A stretch of 64,000 nt of DNA. Origin: Pseudomonadales bacterium (GTDB lineage Bacteria > Pseudomonadota > Gammaproteobacteria > Pseudomonadales > Pseudohongiellaceae). The notes beneath the pieces are model-generated. The model had not been told where the DNA came from and did no database searches. It worked only from the letters and a program-made list of their open reading frames with translations. This document shows, one piece after another, positions 50,356-60,879 of this stretch (position 1 is its first letter; each line of letters begins with the position of its first letter). Where the stretch lies: assembly GCA_023268635.1 (NCBI GenBank), contig JALQUB010000077.1, positions 34,283 to 98,282 on the forward strand, given 5' to 3'. Made by a program: the position numbers and the translations under genes.

Positions 50356-51810
50356 ATGCCCAAATCATCACCCACAATTCTCTGGTTTCGTCAGGATCTG
50401 CGCCTCCGCGATAATCCGGCGCTCAGTGCGGCCCTTGAGCAGGGCGCAGTCCTCGCCGTATTTGTCTTAGACGATAAAAATGCGGGGGAGCGACGGCATG
50501 GGGCCGCGAGCCGATGCTGGCTCCATCATTCCCTCAAAACATTAGACTCCTCTCTCGGAGGTAAGCTCTGGGTTCTCGAGGGTGATGCGACTGAATTAAT
50601 CCCACAATTTGCCGCGGAGCAAGGCGCCACTGCCGTCCATTGGAATCGCTGCTACGAACCTTGGCGTATCACTCGCGATGGCCGTATTAAACAAGCACTC
50701 GCCACCCTTGGTATCAATGCGGAAAGCCACTCCGGCACCCTACTGTGGGAACCTTGGCAGGTCCTAAAGAGCGATGGCACGCCCTATAAAGTATTTACGC
50801 CCTTCTATCGCCATGCGCTGAAGACGCAGCCAGCAGCGGTCGTTGCTCCCGCAACAGTGATCGATCACCGAGCATCGGATTTTCTTGCCTGCAAGCAGGA
50901 TCGAAACAAGATCGATTCCTTAGCGCTATTACCTGTATCAATCTGGCACAAAGCGATGCTCGAAGACTGGACTCCTGGGGAAGCCGGAGCACAGATGCGA
51001 CTCGAGGAGTTTTTAGAGGGAGGGCTCACAGATTATCGCGAAGGGCGTGACTTCCCGGCCAGACGGAGTGTGTCCAGACTATCCCCCCACCTCCATTTCG
51101 GAGAAATCTCAGTCAAACAAGTCGCCTATGCAGCAACGCTATCCGCACAACAGGGGCATGAATCGCAGTCGGAGCACTTCCTGCGCGAACTCGCATGGCG
51201 TGAATTTTCCTATTCCCTGCTCTATCACTTCCCAGCCGTTTGCGAAAAAAACTTGAAACAGGAATTCGACCACTTCCCCTGGCGCGACGATCCAGAATTA
51301 CGGATTGCATGGCAACGCGGAATGACCGGTTATCCGATTGTCGATGCGGGCATGCGCGAACTCTATGCGACAGGGACTATGCACAACAGAGTGAGGATGA
51401 TTACCGCGTCTTTCTTGGTCAAGAATCTCATGCAGCACTGGCGGCACGGCGAGCAATGGTTCTGGGATTGTTTAGTCGATGCGGATCTCGCCAACAATTC
51501 TTGCAGCTGGCAGTGGGTGGCCGGCAGCGGCGCCGATGCAGCACCCTACTTCAGAATATTCAATCCCGTTACTCAGTCACAAAAATTTGATAAGGACGGC
51601 GAGTACATTCGACGCTTTATCCCTGAAATAGCGGCACTGCCCTCCAAGTTCCTGCACGACCCGAGCTCGGCACCAGAGACAGTCTTGCAACAAGCAGGCA
51701 TTTCTTTAGGGGTGGATTATCCGCGTGCGATTGTCGACCTCAAACAAAGCCGAGAGCGAGCGCTCTCGGCATACCACGCAATGCGTAACACTGAGGATTG
51801 GGCGAGTTAG
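50356..51810 (+). CDS. phrB: Deoxyribodipyrimidine photolyase (class I CPD photolyase/cryptochrome family)
   Basis: [71 protein letters not shown]. First ATG at 50356. Confidence 0.85.
   Translation: MPKSSPTILWFRQDLRLRDNPALSAALEQGAVLAVFVLDDKNAGERRHGAASRCWLHHSLKTLDSSLGGKLWVLEGDATELIPQFAAEQGATAVHWNRCYEPWRITRDGRIKQALATLGINAESHSGTLLWEPWQVLKSDGTPYKVFTPFYRHALKTQPAAVVAPATVIDHRASDFLACKQDRNKIDSLALLPVSIWHKAMLEDWTPGEAGAQMRLEEFLEGGLTDYREGRDFPARRSVSRLSPHLHFGEISVKQVAYAATLSAQQGHESQSEHFLRELAWREFSYSLLYHFPAVCEKNLKQEFDHFPWRDDPELRIAWQRGMTGYPIVDAGMRELYATGTMHNRVRMITASFLVKNLMQHWRHGEQWFWDCLVDADLANNSCSWQWVAGSGADAAPYFRIFNPVTQSQKFDKDGEYIRRFIPEIAALPSKFLHDPSSAPETVLQQAGISLGVDYPRAIVDLKQSRERALSAYHAMRNTEDWAS
51741..51770 (-). 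terminator. Rho-independent terminator for trpE, embedded in the 3' coding end of the convergent photolyase gene
   Basis: Perfect palindrome GCCGAGAGCG-AG-CGCTCTCGGC (51749..51770), 36 nt downstream of the trpE stop. The minus strand continues TTTGTTTG; the plus-strand side has no T-run. Confidence 0.55.
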
Positions 51811-53291
51811 TCGATGGTGAGCTGAGCATCGGCGAGCTGCACTGCACGAACAATCGCGCGCGCCTTATTAAGAGTCTCTTCCCACTCCAGTCTAGGAACC
51901 GAATCGGCAACCACCCCCGCTCCGGCCTGAACATAGAGCTTCGAATTTTTGATTACCGCCGTCCGAATTGCGATAGCCATATCCATGTTGCCATTCCAGG
52001 CTAAGTAGCCCATAGCGCCGCCATAAATGCCGCGACGCTCTGGCTCCATCTCATCGATGATTTCCATCGCTCGCACCTTCGGCGCACCACTCAGCGTACC
52101 TACCGGCAGTGTTGATTTCAGCACGTCAAGCGCCGTCATATCATCACGCATTTCACTCTCGACAATCGAGGCGATATGCATGACGTGCGAGTAACGCTCG
52201 ACAAACATTTGCTTCGGCACTGTTACCGATCCAATCTTCGACACTCTTCCCGAATCATTTCGACTGAGATCTATCAGCATCAAATGCTCGGCAATTTCCT
52301 TCGCGTCGGCGAGCAGGTCTTGCTCGAGCGCTAAATCCTCTTCTTCGGTGGCGCCGCGTTTGCGCGTGCCGGCGAGTGGTCGCACGGTGATCTTATTCTG
52401 TTCGACGCGAGCCAAAATTTCCGGCGAGGCGCTCACAACCTGGTGATCACCAAGGTCGAAGAAAACCATATAGGGCGAAGGATTGAGGTAACGCAGCGCT
52501 CGGTACACATTCAATGGATCACCACCGAATTCGACCGACATACGCTGAGAAATAACAACCTGCATGACGTCCCCAGCGACGATGTATTCCTTGATACGCT
52601 CGACTGCCGATTCGAATCCAGCCTGATCAAAATGGCTGACGAAATCTTCGTCGGCTATGCCTCGCTGCTCGGGCAATGCAGGCAACGGTGCGGCAGCACT
52701 CAATTGCTTCTGCAGTTCATCGATTCGAACCTGTGCCTGTTCGTACGCGCCATCTTGCGCAGGATCGACGGTGATGACGAACGCGATTGTGCCCCGCAAA
52801 TTGTCGAATACGACGACCTCTTCCGACAGCATGAGCAATATATCGGGCGTATCGAGCTCGCCAGGATCCTTCGCCGGTCCTATGACTGGTTCAACGTAGC
52901 GCACCGTGTCATAGGCAAAATAACCCACTAGGCCACCACCGAAACGCTGATTGTCAGTCACCTCGGCGACTTTAAATCGTGATTTATATTCTTCGATGAA
53001 TTCGAACGGGTCATCAGTCTCAATCGACTCGATAGTGGCGCCGTCCTGCTCGACGGTGAGTTGTCGTCCGACAGCACGCAGCACGGTGCGGCATGGCAAT
53101 CCGATAATAGAGAATCGCCCCCATTTTTCGCCTCCTTGAATCGATTCGAAAAAGTAACTGTGCGGACCCTTCGCGAGTTTAAGATAGGTACTTAGTGGCG
53201 TATCGGTATCTGCTAACACCTCACGCACGACAGGGATGCGGTTATAGCCTTGCTGCTTAAACGACTCGAAGGTCGCCTTATCCATATTCAT
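51807..53291 (-). CDS. trpE: Anthranilate synthase component I
   Basis: Chorismate-binding blocks [32 protein letters not shown]. Confidence 0.9.
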   Translation of the reverse strand: MNMDKATFESFKQQGYNRIPVVREVLADTDTPLSTYLKLAKGPHSYFFESIQGGEKWGRFSIIGLPCRTVLRAVGRQLTVEQDGATIESIETDDPFEFIEEYKSRFKVAEVTDNQRFGGGLVGYFAYDTVRYVEPVIGPAKDPGELDTPDILLMLSEEVVVFDNLRGTIAFVITVDPAQDGAYEQAQVRIDELQKQLSAAAPLPALPEQRGIADEDFVSHFDQAGFESAVERIKEYIVAGDVMQVVISQRMSVEFGGDPLNVYRALRYLNPSPYMVFFDLGDHQVVSASPEILARVEQNKITVRPLAGTRKRGATEEEDLALEQDLLADAKEIAEHLMLIDLSRNDSGRVSKIGSVTVPKQMFVERYSHVMHIASIVESEMRDDMTALDVLKSTLPVGTLSGAPKVRAMEIIDEMEPERRGIYGGAMGYLAWNGNMDMAIAIRTAVIKNSKLYVQAGAGVVADSVPRLEWEETLNKARAIVRAVQLADAQLTID

Positions 53292-53332
53292 CGAATGCTT
53301 CCTAATGATGCTCGGGGTCAGGTTGGGCGAAC

Positions 53333-53998
53333 TCAGCTATTGAGCTCGTTACGCATCGAGCGAATGGTTTGCGCATAGTCATCGGAATTAAAAATGGCTG
53401 AACCAGCGACAAACATGTCGGCACCAGCGTCGGCGATTTCACGAATATTTTGCACGCCCACACCACCGTCGACCTCTAGGCGAATATCGTGGCCACTGGC
53501 GTCGATGAGTTGTCGCACCTGCGCGAGTTTCTGCAGGGTTGAGGGAATGAATTTCTGTCCGCCAAATCCTGGATTTACCGACATCAACAGGATCACATCG
53601 AGCTTGTCCATAACATAGTCCAGGCAATGCAGTGGCGTCGCAGGATTAAACACGAGCCCTGCCTTACAGCCGTTGTCTCGGATCAGCTGCAAGGAGCGAT
53701 CAATGTGGCCAGTCGCCTCGGGATGGAAAGTGATATAGCTCGCCCCCGCTTTGGCGAAGTCGACGATAAGCTGGTCAACTGGGCTCACCATTAAATGCAC
53801 ATCAATCGGAGCGGTGATTCCGTGATTGCGTAGCGCGCTACACACCATCGGCCCGATTGTCAGATTAGGCACATAGTGATTATCCATGACGTCGAAATGA
53901 ACGACATCCGCTCCTGCGTCGAGGACGGCGTTCACTTCATCGCCGAGACGTGCGAAGTCTGCCGACAGAATCGAAGGGGCTATCAAGAAATCTTTCAT
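53333..53998 (-). CDS. rpe: Ribulose-phosphate 3-epimerase
   Basis: [40 protein letters not shown]. Confidence 0.9.
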   Translation of the reverse strand: MKDFLIAPSILSADFARLGDEVNAVLDAGADVVHFDVMDNHYVPNLTIGPMVCSALRNHGITAPIDVHLMVSPVDQLIVDFAKAGASYITFHPEATGHIDRSLQLIRDNGCKAGLVFNPATPLHCLDYVMDKLDVILLMSVNPGFGGQKFIPSTLQKLAQVRQLIDASGHDIRLEVDGGVGVQNIREIADAGADMFVAGSAIFNSDDYAQTIRSMRNELNS

Positions 53999-54028
53999 AG
54001 GGCGTCCTTGGGCTTGGTGCCACGAGCG

Positions 54029-54059
54029 AAAAAATGACCCGTGGAGACTGGGTCATTTT
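54029..54059 (-). terminator. Rho-independent terminator after the djlA-like gene
   Basis: The minus strand reads ATGACCC-AGTCTCCAC-GGGTCAT followed by T6, 52 nt downstream of the stop at 54111. Confidence 0.7.
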
Positions 54060-54110
54060 ACAGATTCCGCCACGTGCTGTCCTGTTTAGCCGACTCGCCC
54101 AGAATCAGCG

Positions 54111-54929
54111 TTAAGCACGGGCGCGATGGGTCTGCCTCAGCATCTCGAATGCTTCGCGAATTGCGTGCACCTTAATATGCGCTCGCCTGAGCGCTTCGGG
54201 CGAGGGATGCTGTGAAACGAGCTTATCGGGATGATGTAAGGCCATTTGCTTATGGTAGGCGCGCCGAAGTTCTTCGGGGCTGGCTCCCATCGAGATTCCC
54301 AACAAATTATAGGCCGCCGCGAGCGATGGGCTGGGGCGTGGGATGAATTTGGGTTTGTGCGAATAGGCAGCGCTGCCACGGAGTGTCGCGCTCCAATCAG
54401 CAGTGCCGCGCACTTCCGCGCAGACATCGAGCATGGTTGCCTTATCGAAGCCCAGGGTCTCGGCAACCTCGCGCAGAAACTGCCTATCCTTCAACCGCAA
54501 TCCACCCACCTGCGCATCGCGCCAACTGTAGCTCGACTTCAGATAAGCCGCCTCACAGAACGTCTTCAAGACATAGCGGGCAAGTTGACTGGCGGACCCG
54601 ATCGCTCTTCCTAGACGCGCGACGGCGATAAGCACATCGACCTCTGGATCTTTTCCACGTTCGAATTCGGCGATCGCCGCACGCCGTGAACTCTCGCGCC
54701 GGTGGTCGACTAAACGCAGGCCGAGCTGGCTAATCACACGTTCGGCGAAGGCTATTTCTGATTCGTTCACTCGTCCATCGAGCTTGGCTAAGCGGCCTAG
54801 AACTTGCAGCAATGCCGTGGTGAATGCTAGTTCCGTTGCCCCTCCACTCGGAAGTTCTGCGGCGGGATTTTCACCGCTTAGACGCAGCTGCAACGCGCGT
54901 CGATAGGCACGGTGGCGAAAGCGAATCAT
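54111..54929 (-). CDS. DjlA-like J-domain co-chaperone (TerB-like domain plus C-terminal J domain; no obvious N-terminal TM helix)
   Basis: C-terminal J domain AYNLLGISMGASPEELRRAYHKQMALHHPDK with the HPD tripeptide. A central LAKLDGRVNESEIAFA block resembles the DjlA/TerB domain. Its start overlaps the murU stop (ATGA). Confidence 0.6.
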   Translation of the reverse strand: MIRFRHRAYRRALQLRLSGENPAAELPSGGATELAFTTALLQVLGRLAKLDGRVNESEIAFAERVISQLGLRLVDHRRESSRRAAIAEFERGKDPEVDVLIAVARLGRAIGSASQLARYVLKTFCEAAYLKSSYSWRDAQVGGLRLKDRQFLREVAETLGFDKATMLDVCAEVRGTADWSATLRGSAAYSHKPKFIPRPSPSLAAAYNLLGISMGASPEELRRAYHKQMALHHPDKLVSQHPSPEALRRAHIKVHAIREAFEMLRQTHRARA

Positions 54930-55639
54930 GGCTGTTCATCCCGTAGCGATGCTTCAACCTGGGCTAAGCGCTCGGGTGTTCCAACATCGACCCACAGCCC
55001 CTGATGATGAACCCCCCCGACTCGGTCCGTCGCAATCGCAGCCAATAAGAGCGGCAACAGTGGCTGCGGGCCGGGCTCACACCCTGAGAATAAATCTCGG
55101 TGCAGCACGCTAATTCCGCTGAAGGTGAGTGACGAATCCGCCGCTTGGGCAGCCTCCTCGCTCCCGAGCAGCCTCACTCTGCCCTCAGCATCGAGCGCGA
55201 AATCTCCGTCCGGGTTGTGTTCCGCGTTGTCGACCAACACCAAGGTTGCGAGGTCTCCTTCATTCGAATCGCCAGTCTCTAGGGAACGCAATTGCGCGAC
55301 ATCGAAGTCGCACCAGATATCCGCATTAATCACCAAAAAACTAGACTCTTCTAAGAGTGGCAAAGCCTGAATAATGCCGCCGCCAGTCTCGAGGCGTGTC
55401 GGTTCGGGGGAATACTGAATATGAACGCCTAGCTGCGCCCCATCGCCGAGCGCGGCCTCGATCTGCTCACCGAGATAGGAATGATTGATGACTATCTCGC
55501 GAATACCTGCACGTTCGAGTCGCTCGAGCTGGTATTCGATGAGAGTCTTGCCCGCGACTCGGAGTAAGGGTTTGGGGACCTCTCGGGTGAGCGGCATCAT
55601 CCTTTTCCCCAGTCCCGCCGCTAAAATCATTGCCCGCAT
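54926..55639 (-). CDS. murU: Sugar-phosphate nucleotidyltransferase, MurNAc-alpha-1-P uridylyltransferase-like
   Basis: MRAMILAAGLGKRMMPLT nucleotidyltransferase N-terminus. Paired with an APH-family kinase and divergent from lptD, as for Pseudomonas amgK-murU. Start set at the ATG at 55639, 7 nt after GGGGAG. Confidence 0.65.
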   Translation of the reverse strand: MRAMILAAGLGKRMMPLTREVPKPLLRVAGKTLIEYQLERLERAGIREIVINHSYLGEQIEAALGDGAQLGVHIQYSPEPTRLETGGGIIQALPLLEESSFLVINADIWCDFDVAQLRSLETGDSNEGDLATLVLVDNAEHNPDGDFALDAEGRVRLLGSEEAAQAADSSLTFSGISVLHRDLFSGCEPGPQPLLPLLLAAIATDRVGGVHHQGLWVDVGTPERLAQVEASLRDEQP

Positions 55640-55659
55640 CGAGCCACTCCCCAATCCGA

Positions 55660-56721
55660 CTACAACTTAATGTCGTTGAGCACTACGAGCGCACGCGGTT
55701 CGACGACTTCATCGAACCATTCGACGAATTCGGCAAGCTCCGCGTGTTGCCGCGCAACACTCGAAAAATAGTCCATTACTAAGGGGATATCGGCCAGATA
55801 AGCAGACTTCTTATCGCGAAGATGTAAGCGCGCGAAGATTCCCATCACCTTGAGATGTCGCTGCAGCCCCATCAAATCGAAGTCGCGCAGGAAGCTAGCT
55901 TCATCTTTCTCCGCTGCAGCCGGCAATTGCTCAGCCAACTGAGTGTGGAATTGATTCGCCCATTGCTGCACCGTGGCGGCTGGCCAGCTCACGTAGCAAT
56001 CACGCAACAGAGAGACGAGGTCGTAGGTATAGGCCCCGGATACTGCATCCTGAAAATCAATGATGCCGAGCCCACCATCCTCGAGCAGCATTAGATTGCG
56101 AGAGTGAAAATCACGGTGGACGGCGACCTGAGGTTGGACAAGAGCCGCATCGGCTAAGAAGCTAAAGCTACGCTTGAGCAATTCCCGGCGCTTATGATCC
56201 AGCGTTAATTCGAGCAAACCGGTTAGAAACCAAGTCTCGAAAAGCTCCATTTCGGCGATTAGTTTAGCCTCATCGAATGGAACGAGCGCGGATGCATCGA
56301 CGCCGCATTGCAAGGCGACTAAGGCAGCGAAGGCCGGCGTATAGAGTTCGCGTGCCCGCTGCTCTTCTGCCACAAGCAGTTCTGGAAGCAACAAACGATC
56401 GCCGAGATCTTCTAGCAGCATCCAACCATCGGTGAAATTCGAGGCATAAACCCTAGGCGCTCGTAGGCCTGCATCTATGAACCTCTTCGAGAGATCCACG
56501 AACGCCTCGCTGTCTTCCGTTGCAGGCGGCGCATCGACGGCGATGAAGCTGGTCGATGCTCCGCCATCCTCTCCATTGCCGCAGGCAAGCCTAAAATAAC
56601 GGCGGAAGCTCGCATCTCCACTCACCACAGTCAGCTCCGAATCCGGCTTTGTGGTCGGCCACAGCCGCTCGACCTCGCCGCGCGCCCAACTCGTTAATTG
56701 CTGTCGCCGTTCGTCGCTCAT
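55660..56721 (-). CDS. amgK: Aminoglycoside-phosphotransferase-fold kinase, anomeric MurNAc/GlcNAc kinase-like
   Basis: APH/choline-kinase fold motifs (HRDFHSRNLM, IDFQDA). Synteny with murU and lptD. Start uncertain (56721 or 56757). Confidence 0.6.
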   Translation of the reverse strand: MSDERRQQLTSWARGEVERLWPTTKPDSELTVVSGDASFRRYFRLACGNGEDGGASTSFIAVDAPPATEDSEAFVDLSKRFIDAGLRAPRVYASNFTDGWMLLEDLGDRLLLPELLVAEEQRARELYTPAFAALVALQCGVDASALVPFDEAKLIAEMELFETWFLTGLLELTLDHKRRELLKRSFSFLADAALVQPQVAVHRDFHSRNLMLLEDGGLGIIDFQDAVSGAYTYDLVSLLRDCYVSWPAATVQQWANQFHTQLAEQLPAAAEKDEASFLRDFDLMGLQRHLKVMGIFARLHLRDKKSAYLADIPLVMDYFSSVARQHAELAEFVEWFDEVVEPRALVVLNDIKL

Positions 56722-56845
56722 CCCTTCCGCTTCCCCGCTAGGAATGGCAACCCCCATCCCTTATCATGAGCGCCTCAAATAGCTGCCCCATCGGGGTAGT
56801 TTGTCGGTAATCGTGGTGATTTATTTAAAGGCCAGAGCGTTATCC

Positions 56846-59497
56846 ATGACATCCACTCCGTGGACAACATTATCCAACCGTCTCGCACTCGCCAACGCGT
56901 GCGTAGCCGCGCTATGCCTACTCGCTGCACCACCTGCGGATGCGCAATCGACCGATGCTCCTCGTGTGAGCTGTGTGGCGAATGCAGCGGCTGATGGCTG
57001 GATCTGCGAGACCAACGATGCATCTCTCAATGTCACCCACCCGACCATCACAAAAGTCGGCGAGGCGCCGAGTACACTGCCTCGCGAGCAAGGGTCGCCG
57101 GCAAGCCTCGACTGGGTAAGTCGCGAATCGATGAGCCCGGCCCAGCGCGAAACACTTAGCGATGACTGCTGTGGTGGCTTCGTAGATCCGACCGCCGCTA
57201 CCGCTAACGATGAGAATCTTAGCGATGACACTCGATTTATATCGAGCGCGGGTCTCCAGCAGAACATTTCAAATAGCGTCGAATTGCGTGGCGAAGTCAC
57301 GGTCTATCAAGGCTCGCGCACGATCACCAACACCGGCATCGAAACCGAGACACAAACCACCATCGATCGTGATGCCAACACCGTGGCCATGAAGGGCGAT
57401 ATTGCCTTCAGAGAGCCGGGGATATTGCTGCGTGGCGATCAAGCTTTCATCGATTCGGAATCAGACCGCAGCACCATCGAAGAGGCGTATTACGTCCTCC
57501 ATGAAAACCGCATTCATGGCTCAGCCTCACAAGTTGATTACGACTCTGAGTCTGGAGTCATCATGCTCGATAACGGAGAATTTAGTCGCTGCGAACCGGG
57601 CAATGAATTTTGGGTGCTACGTGCGAACGCATTCGAACTCGATCAAGCTACCGGTCGCGGGCGAGCCAAGGCGCTCAGCCTTCGCATCAAAGACGTCCCC
57701 ATCTTCTATTACCCAGGCACAGTCCAATTTCCGATTGGAGACCAGAGGCTCAGCGGTTTCTTAGCGCCGAGTCTGGGATCGTCACGCACCGGTGGGGTCG
57801 ACATCGAGCTACCCTACTACTTCAATCTAGCGCCGCAATTAGACGCCACATTCAGTCCTCGCCTCTTGTCAGACCGCGGAGTAATGCTGGGCGCGGAACT
57901 GCGCTATCTCAGCGAAGGCTCGATGAACACCCTGAACATGTCGCACCTCGCAGACGATAAACGTTACGACCCAGCCACAGCGACGGCGCTGGATAGTGAC
58001 TCTCCTTCCCAGCCAGACCGCTGGTTCATCGGCTTCGAGCATACAGGCAGGTTCGGCCGCGGTATTTCTACCTATGTTGACTACAATGCGGTCAGCGATA
58101 ATGAGTACTTCTACGATTTCGGCAACGGCGGGCTGAATGTCAGCAGCCAAACACACCTCAACAGGCAGGCCCGCATCGACTATCGCAATCGTTTTATGCG
58201 CGCCGGTCTCAATGCTCAGCGCCTGCAAATAATCGATCCCTACGCCGCGGCGCTCGACATCAACAAGCCCTTCGACCGAATGCCTCAGTTCACGTTCGCC
58301 TCGCAAACCAACCTAGGTTATGGGTTCAAGGTGGCGATCGCAGGCGAGGCCACAGCATTCGATCGAACGCTTGATGAGTCGCTATTGAGCAGCGCAAAAA
58401 TCGAGGCGGGAGCGTTGGTGACAGGAACACGGATCAACCTCGAACCCGAGATTAGCTGGAGTGCCGAACAACCCGGCTGGTTCATACGCGCCAAGAGCAA
58501 ATACCTGCAGAGACGCTACAGCCTCGATCGCCAAGCGATCGGCACTCAGGCTTCACCGGAATTCGGTGTATCGGTGAACAGCCTCGATGCCGGCCTTATC
58601 TTCGAGCGCACCAGGAATAATGGCGGCACACAGACGCTCGAACCAAGAGTCTTCGCACTCGACAGCGGCTTCGCCGAGCAGAGCGAATTGCCGCTATTCG
58701 ACTCATCAGAACTCAACTTCAGCTTCGCCCAATTATTCCGTGATGAACGTTTCGCCGGCGGAGATCGAGTCAGCAATGCGAAACAATTGAGTGCCGCGTT
58801 GACCAGCCGTCTGCTCGATAGCCGCGGTCGTGAACGGGCACGTTTCTCATTGGGGCAAATTATCTACTTCGAAGACCGCCTAGTTGATCTCTCAAATCCC
58901 CTGCAAAATTGGGCGCCCCGTTATTCTACGACGGCCGATGGCTCCGCATTCGCCGCCGAGGCTGCCTATGCACCAGGAGAACGCTGGCGTTTCCTCACTG
59001 ATGTGCAATGGGACGAAGACACACAACAAGTCATCGAGGGTCGTGTGCAGCTGCGCTATCGTCGCGACAATTCACACTTATTCAACTTGTCATATCGCGA
59101 GCGCTTACTCGTGAGTTCACCGAATTTAGTCCTGCCACCGGCAATCGACGGCTCGATCGACCCCCATATCCGTCAAACTGATTTCTCGGCAGTCTGGCCT
59201 CTCGCCACGAATTGGAAGATACTGGCTCGCTGGAACTACGATCATAGCAATGCGCGGAACCTCGAGAGCTTTGCTGGTGTCGAATACAGCAATTGCTGTA
59301 CAAAAATCCGCGTCGTCGCTCGTGAATGGATCAATGAAAACGAACTCTTTGTTCGTAATTTAGAGCCCAATCGCGGCATTTTTGTCCAATTTACACTCGT
59401 TGGCTTGGGTGATCTGAGCGGCGGCGGCCTCGACAACCTCCTCACCCAGGGTATTCAGGGCTACGATTCACAGAATGCGAATTCACCGCGTAATTAA
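56846..59497 (+). CDS. lptD: LPS-assembly outer-membrane protein LptD
   Basis: Signal peptide ..LAAPPADA; OstA-like N-terminal region; large beta-barrel region with a C-terminal CC pair (YSNCCTKIRV). Followed by surA-pdxA-rsmA. Confidence 0.85.
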   Translation: MTSTPWTTLSNRLALANACVAALCLLAAPPADAQSTDAPRVSCVANAAADGWICETNDASLNVTHPTITKVGEAPSTLPREQGSPASLDWVSRESMSPAQRETLSDDCCGGFVDPTAATANDENLSDDTRFISSAGLQQNISNSVELRGEVTVYQGSRTITNTGIETETQTTIDRDANTVAMKGDIAFREPGILLRGDQAFIDSESDRSTIEEAYYVLHENRIHGSASQVDYDSESGVIMLDNGEFSRCEPGNEFWVLRANAFELDQATGRGRAKALSLRIKDVPIFYYPGTVQFPIGDQRLSGFLAPSLGSSRTGGVDIELPYYFNLAPQLDATFSPRLLSDRGVMLGAELRYLSEGSMNTLNMSHLADDKRYDPATATALDSDSPSQPDRWFIGFEHTGRFGRGISTYVDYNAVSDNEYFYDFGNGGLNVSSQTHLNRQARIDYRNRFMRAGLNAQRLQIIDPYAAALDINKPFDRMPQFTFASQTNLGYGFKVAIAGEATAFDRTLDESLLSSAKIEAGALVTGTRINLEPEISWSAEQPGWFIRAKSKYLQRRYSLDRQAIGTQASPEFGVSVNSLDAGLIFERTRNNGGTQTLEPRVFALDSGFAEQSELPLFDSSELNFSFAQLFRDERFAGGDRVSNAKQLSAALTSRLLDSRGRERARFSLGQIIYFEDRLVDLSNPLQNWAPRYSTTADGSAFAAEAAYAPGERWRFLTDVQWDEDTQQVIEGRVQLRYRRDNSHLFNLSYRERLLVSSPNLVLPPAIDGSIDPHIRQTDFSAVWPLATNWKILARWNYDHSNARNLESFAGVEYSNCCTKIRVVAREWINENELFVRNLEPNRGIFVQFTLVGLGDLSGGGLDNLLTQGIQGYDSQNANSPRN

Positions 59498-59557
59498 TTC
59501 GATCTGCTATTATTGACCCCATTGAAATTCTCGCAGCTCACACTATTTGGCACCGCT

Positions 59558-60865
59558 ATGAAAAACAGCAACCTCAATTCTCGTCTACTCTTTGTAACCG
59601 CAGCGCTTCTCCTGCTCTTTATAGCTGCGCCGTTTGCAAACGCTCAGAGGGTCCTGCTCGACAAAGTCATCGCTATCGTCGACGACGATGTTGTCTTGCA
59701 GAGTGAGCTCGATGAACGCCTCACCGAGATTACACAACAGGCTCAGCGCAATGGGCAGCCCCTACCCGAAGATCGCGAAGAGTTTGAGTCGGAAGTGCTT
59801 GAAGCACTCGTTGTTGAAAACATCCAGATGCAGCTCGCGAACCGAGTCAGCATCCGTTATGACGATGACACGATCAACCGCGTGCTCGGCAATATGGCGA
59901 GGAATAGCAATCTCACCTTCGACGAATACGTCGATGCACTCGAGGCTAACGGTGTCTACCTGCAGACTCGCGAGCAAGTGCGAAAGCAGATGACAATGCA
60001 AGAACTCCAGCGAGGAATGGTGAGCCGACGCATCACCATAACCGAGCAGGAAATCGACAACTTCCTTAACTCAGAGATGGGTCGCGAGTTGATGGCCGCG
60101 GATTACTATGTCGAACACCTCCTCATCCCTGCGAGTGCAGAGGACACGCCGGAGGTAAAACAAAATAAGGAACGCCTCGCCGCCGACCTCGTCTCGCGTA
60201 TCAATGATGACTACCCGCTAGCCGCAGCAAGAGCGGCCGCAAGTCAGTCAGCGGGCTTTCAAATTAGCGGCACCGAATTCGGCTGGCGAAAAGCGAATCA
60301 GCTCCCTAGCCTATTTGCCGACATCGTCGCAGGAATGGAAGTGGGCCAAGTTGAGGGCCCTATCGAAGCGGGCAATGGTCTCCATATTATTCAGCTTATG
60401 GACAAACAAGGCGGCACAGAACAATTCGTCAATCAAACTCGCGTACGCCACATCATGCTCTCTCCCAATGAAATTCGCGATGAGCAACAAACCGAAACAG
60501 CGATCCGCGCCCTCCATCGCCGCGCACTAGCGGGCGAAGACTTCGCCTCACTAGCACGCCAAAATTCCGACGATGTTTCCTCCGTCGTCGCCGGAGGCGA
60601 TCTTGACTGGGTTAACGAGGGCGGCATGCCCATCGAAATGGAAGTGGTTGTCGACGAACTCGACATCGACGAGGTCAGTGAACCTTTCCGCTCACAAGTG
60701 GGTTGGCATATCGCGCGCGTCGAAGGCCGACGCCTGCAGGATCTGAGTCGAGAATTCACTCGCAATCAAGCCGAGAATGCACTTCGGAATCGTAAGTTCG
60801 ATCTCGAATTACAAAACTGGCTCATCGAAATTCGAGAAGATGCCTTCGTCGAATTCATCGACTAG
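59558..60865 (+). CDS. surA: Periplasmic chaperone / peptidyl-prolyl isomerase SurA
   Basis: Signal peptide ..PFANAQ, then [18 protein letters not shown] and two parvulin-type domains. Conserved position between lptD and pdxA. Confidence 0.85.
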   Translation: MKNSNLNSRLLFVTAALLLLFIAAPFANAQRVLLDKVIAIVDDDVVLQSELDERLTEITQQAQRNGQPLPEDREEFESEVLEALVVENIQMQLANRVSIRYDDDTINRVLGNMARNSNLTFDEYVDALEANGVYLQTREQVRKQMTMQELQRGMVSRRITITEQEIDNFLNSEMGRELMAADYYVEHLLIPASAEDTPEVKQNKERLAADLVSRINDDYPLAAARAAASQSAGFQISGTEFGWRKANQLPSLFADIVAGMEVGQVEGPIEAGNGLHIIQLMDKQGGTEQFVNQTRVRHIMLSPNEIRDEQQTETAIRALHRRALAGEDFASLARQNSDDVSSVVAGGDLDWVNEGGMPIEMEVVVDELDIDEVSEPFRSQVGWHIARVEGRRLQDLSREFTRNQAENALRNRKFDLELQNWLIEIREDAFVEFID

Positions 60866-60879
60866 AGTGGAGCTGCGGC

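Noticed and set aside
50168-50377. Minus-strand ORF beginning M-W-V-M-I-W-A-W upstream of trpG, as a possible Trp-rich leader peptide
   Set aside because: It starts at a TTG, is 69 codons long, runs into the trpG start and is antisense to the first phr codons (CCA/CCC read as TGG). No terminator/antiterminator pair or U-tract follows it. The Trp codons look coincidental.
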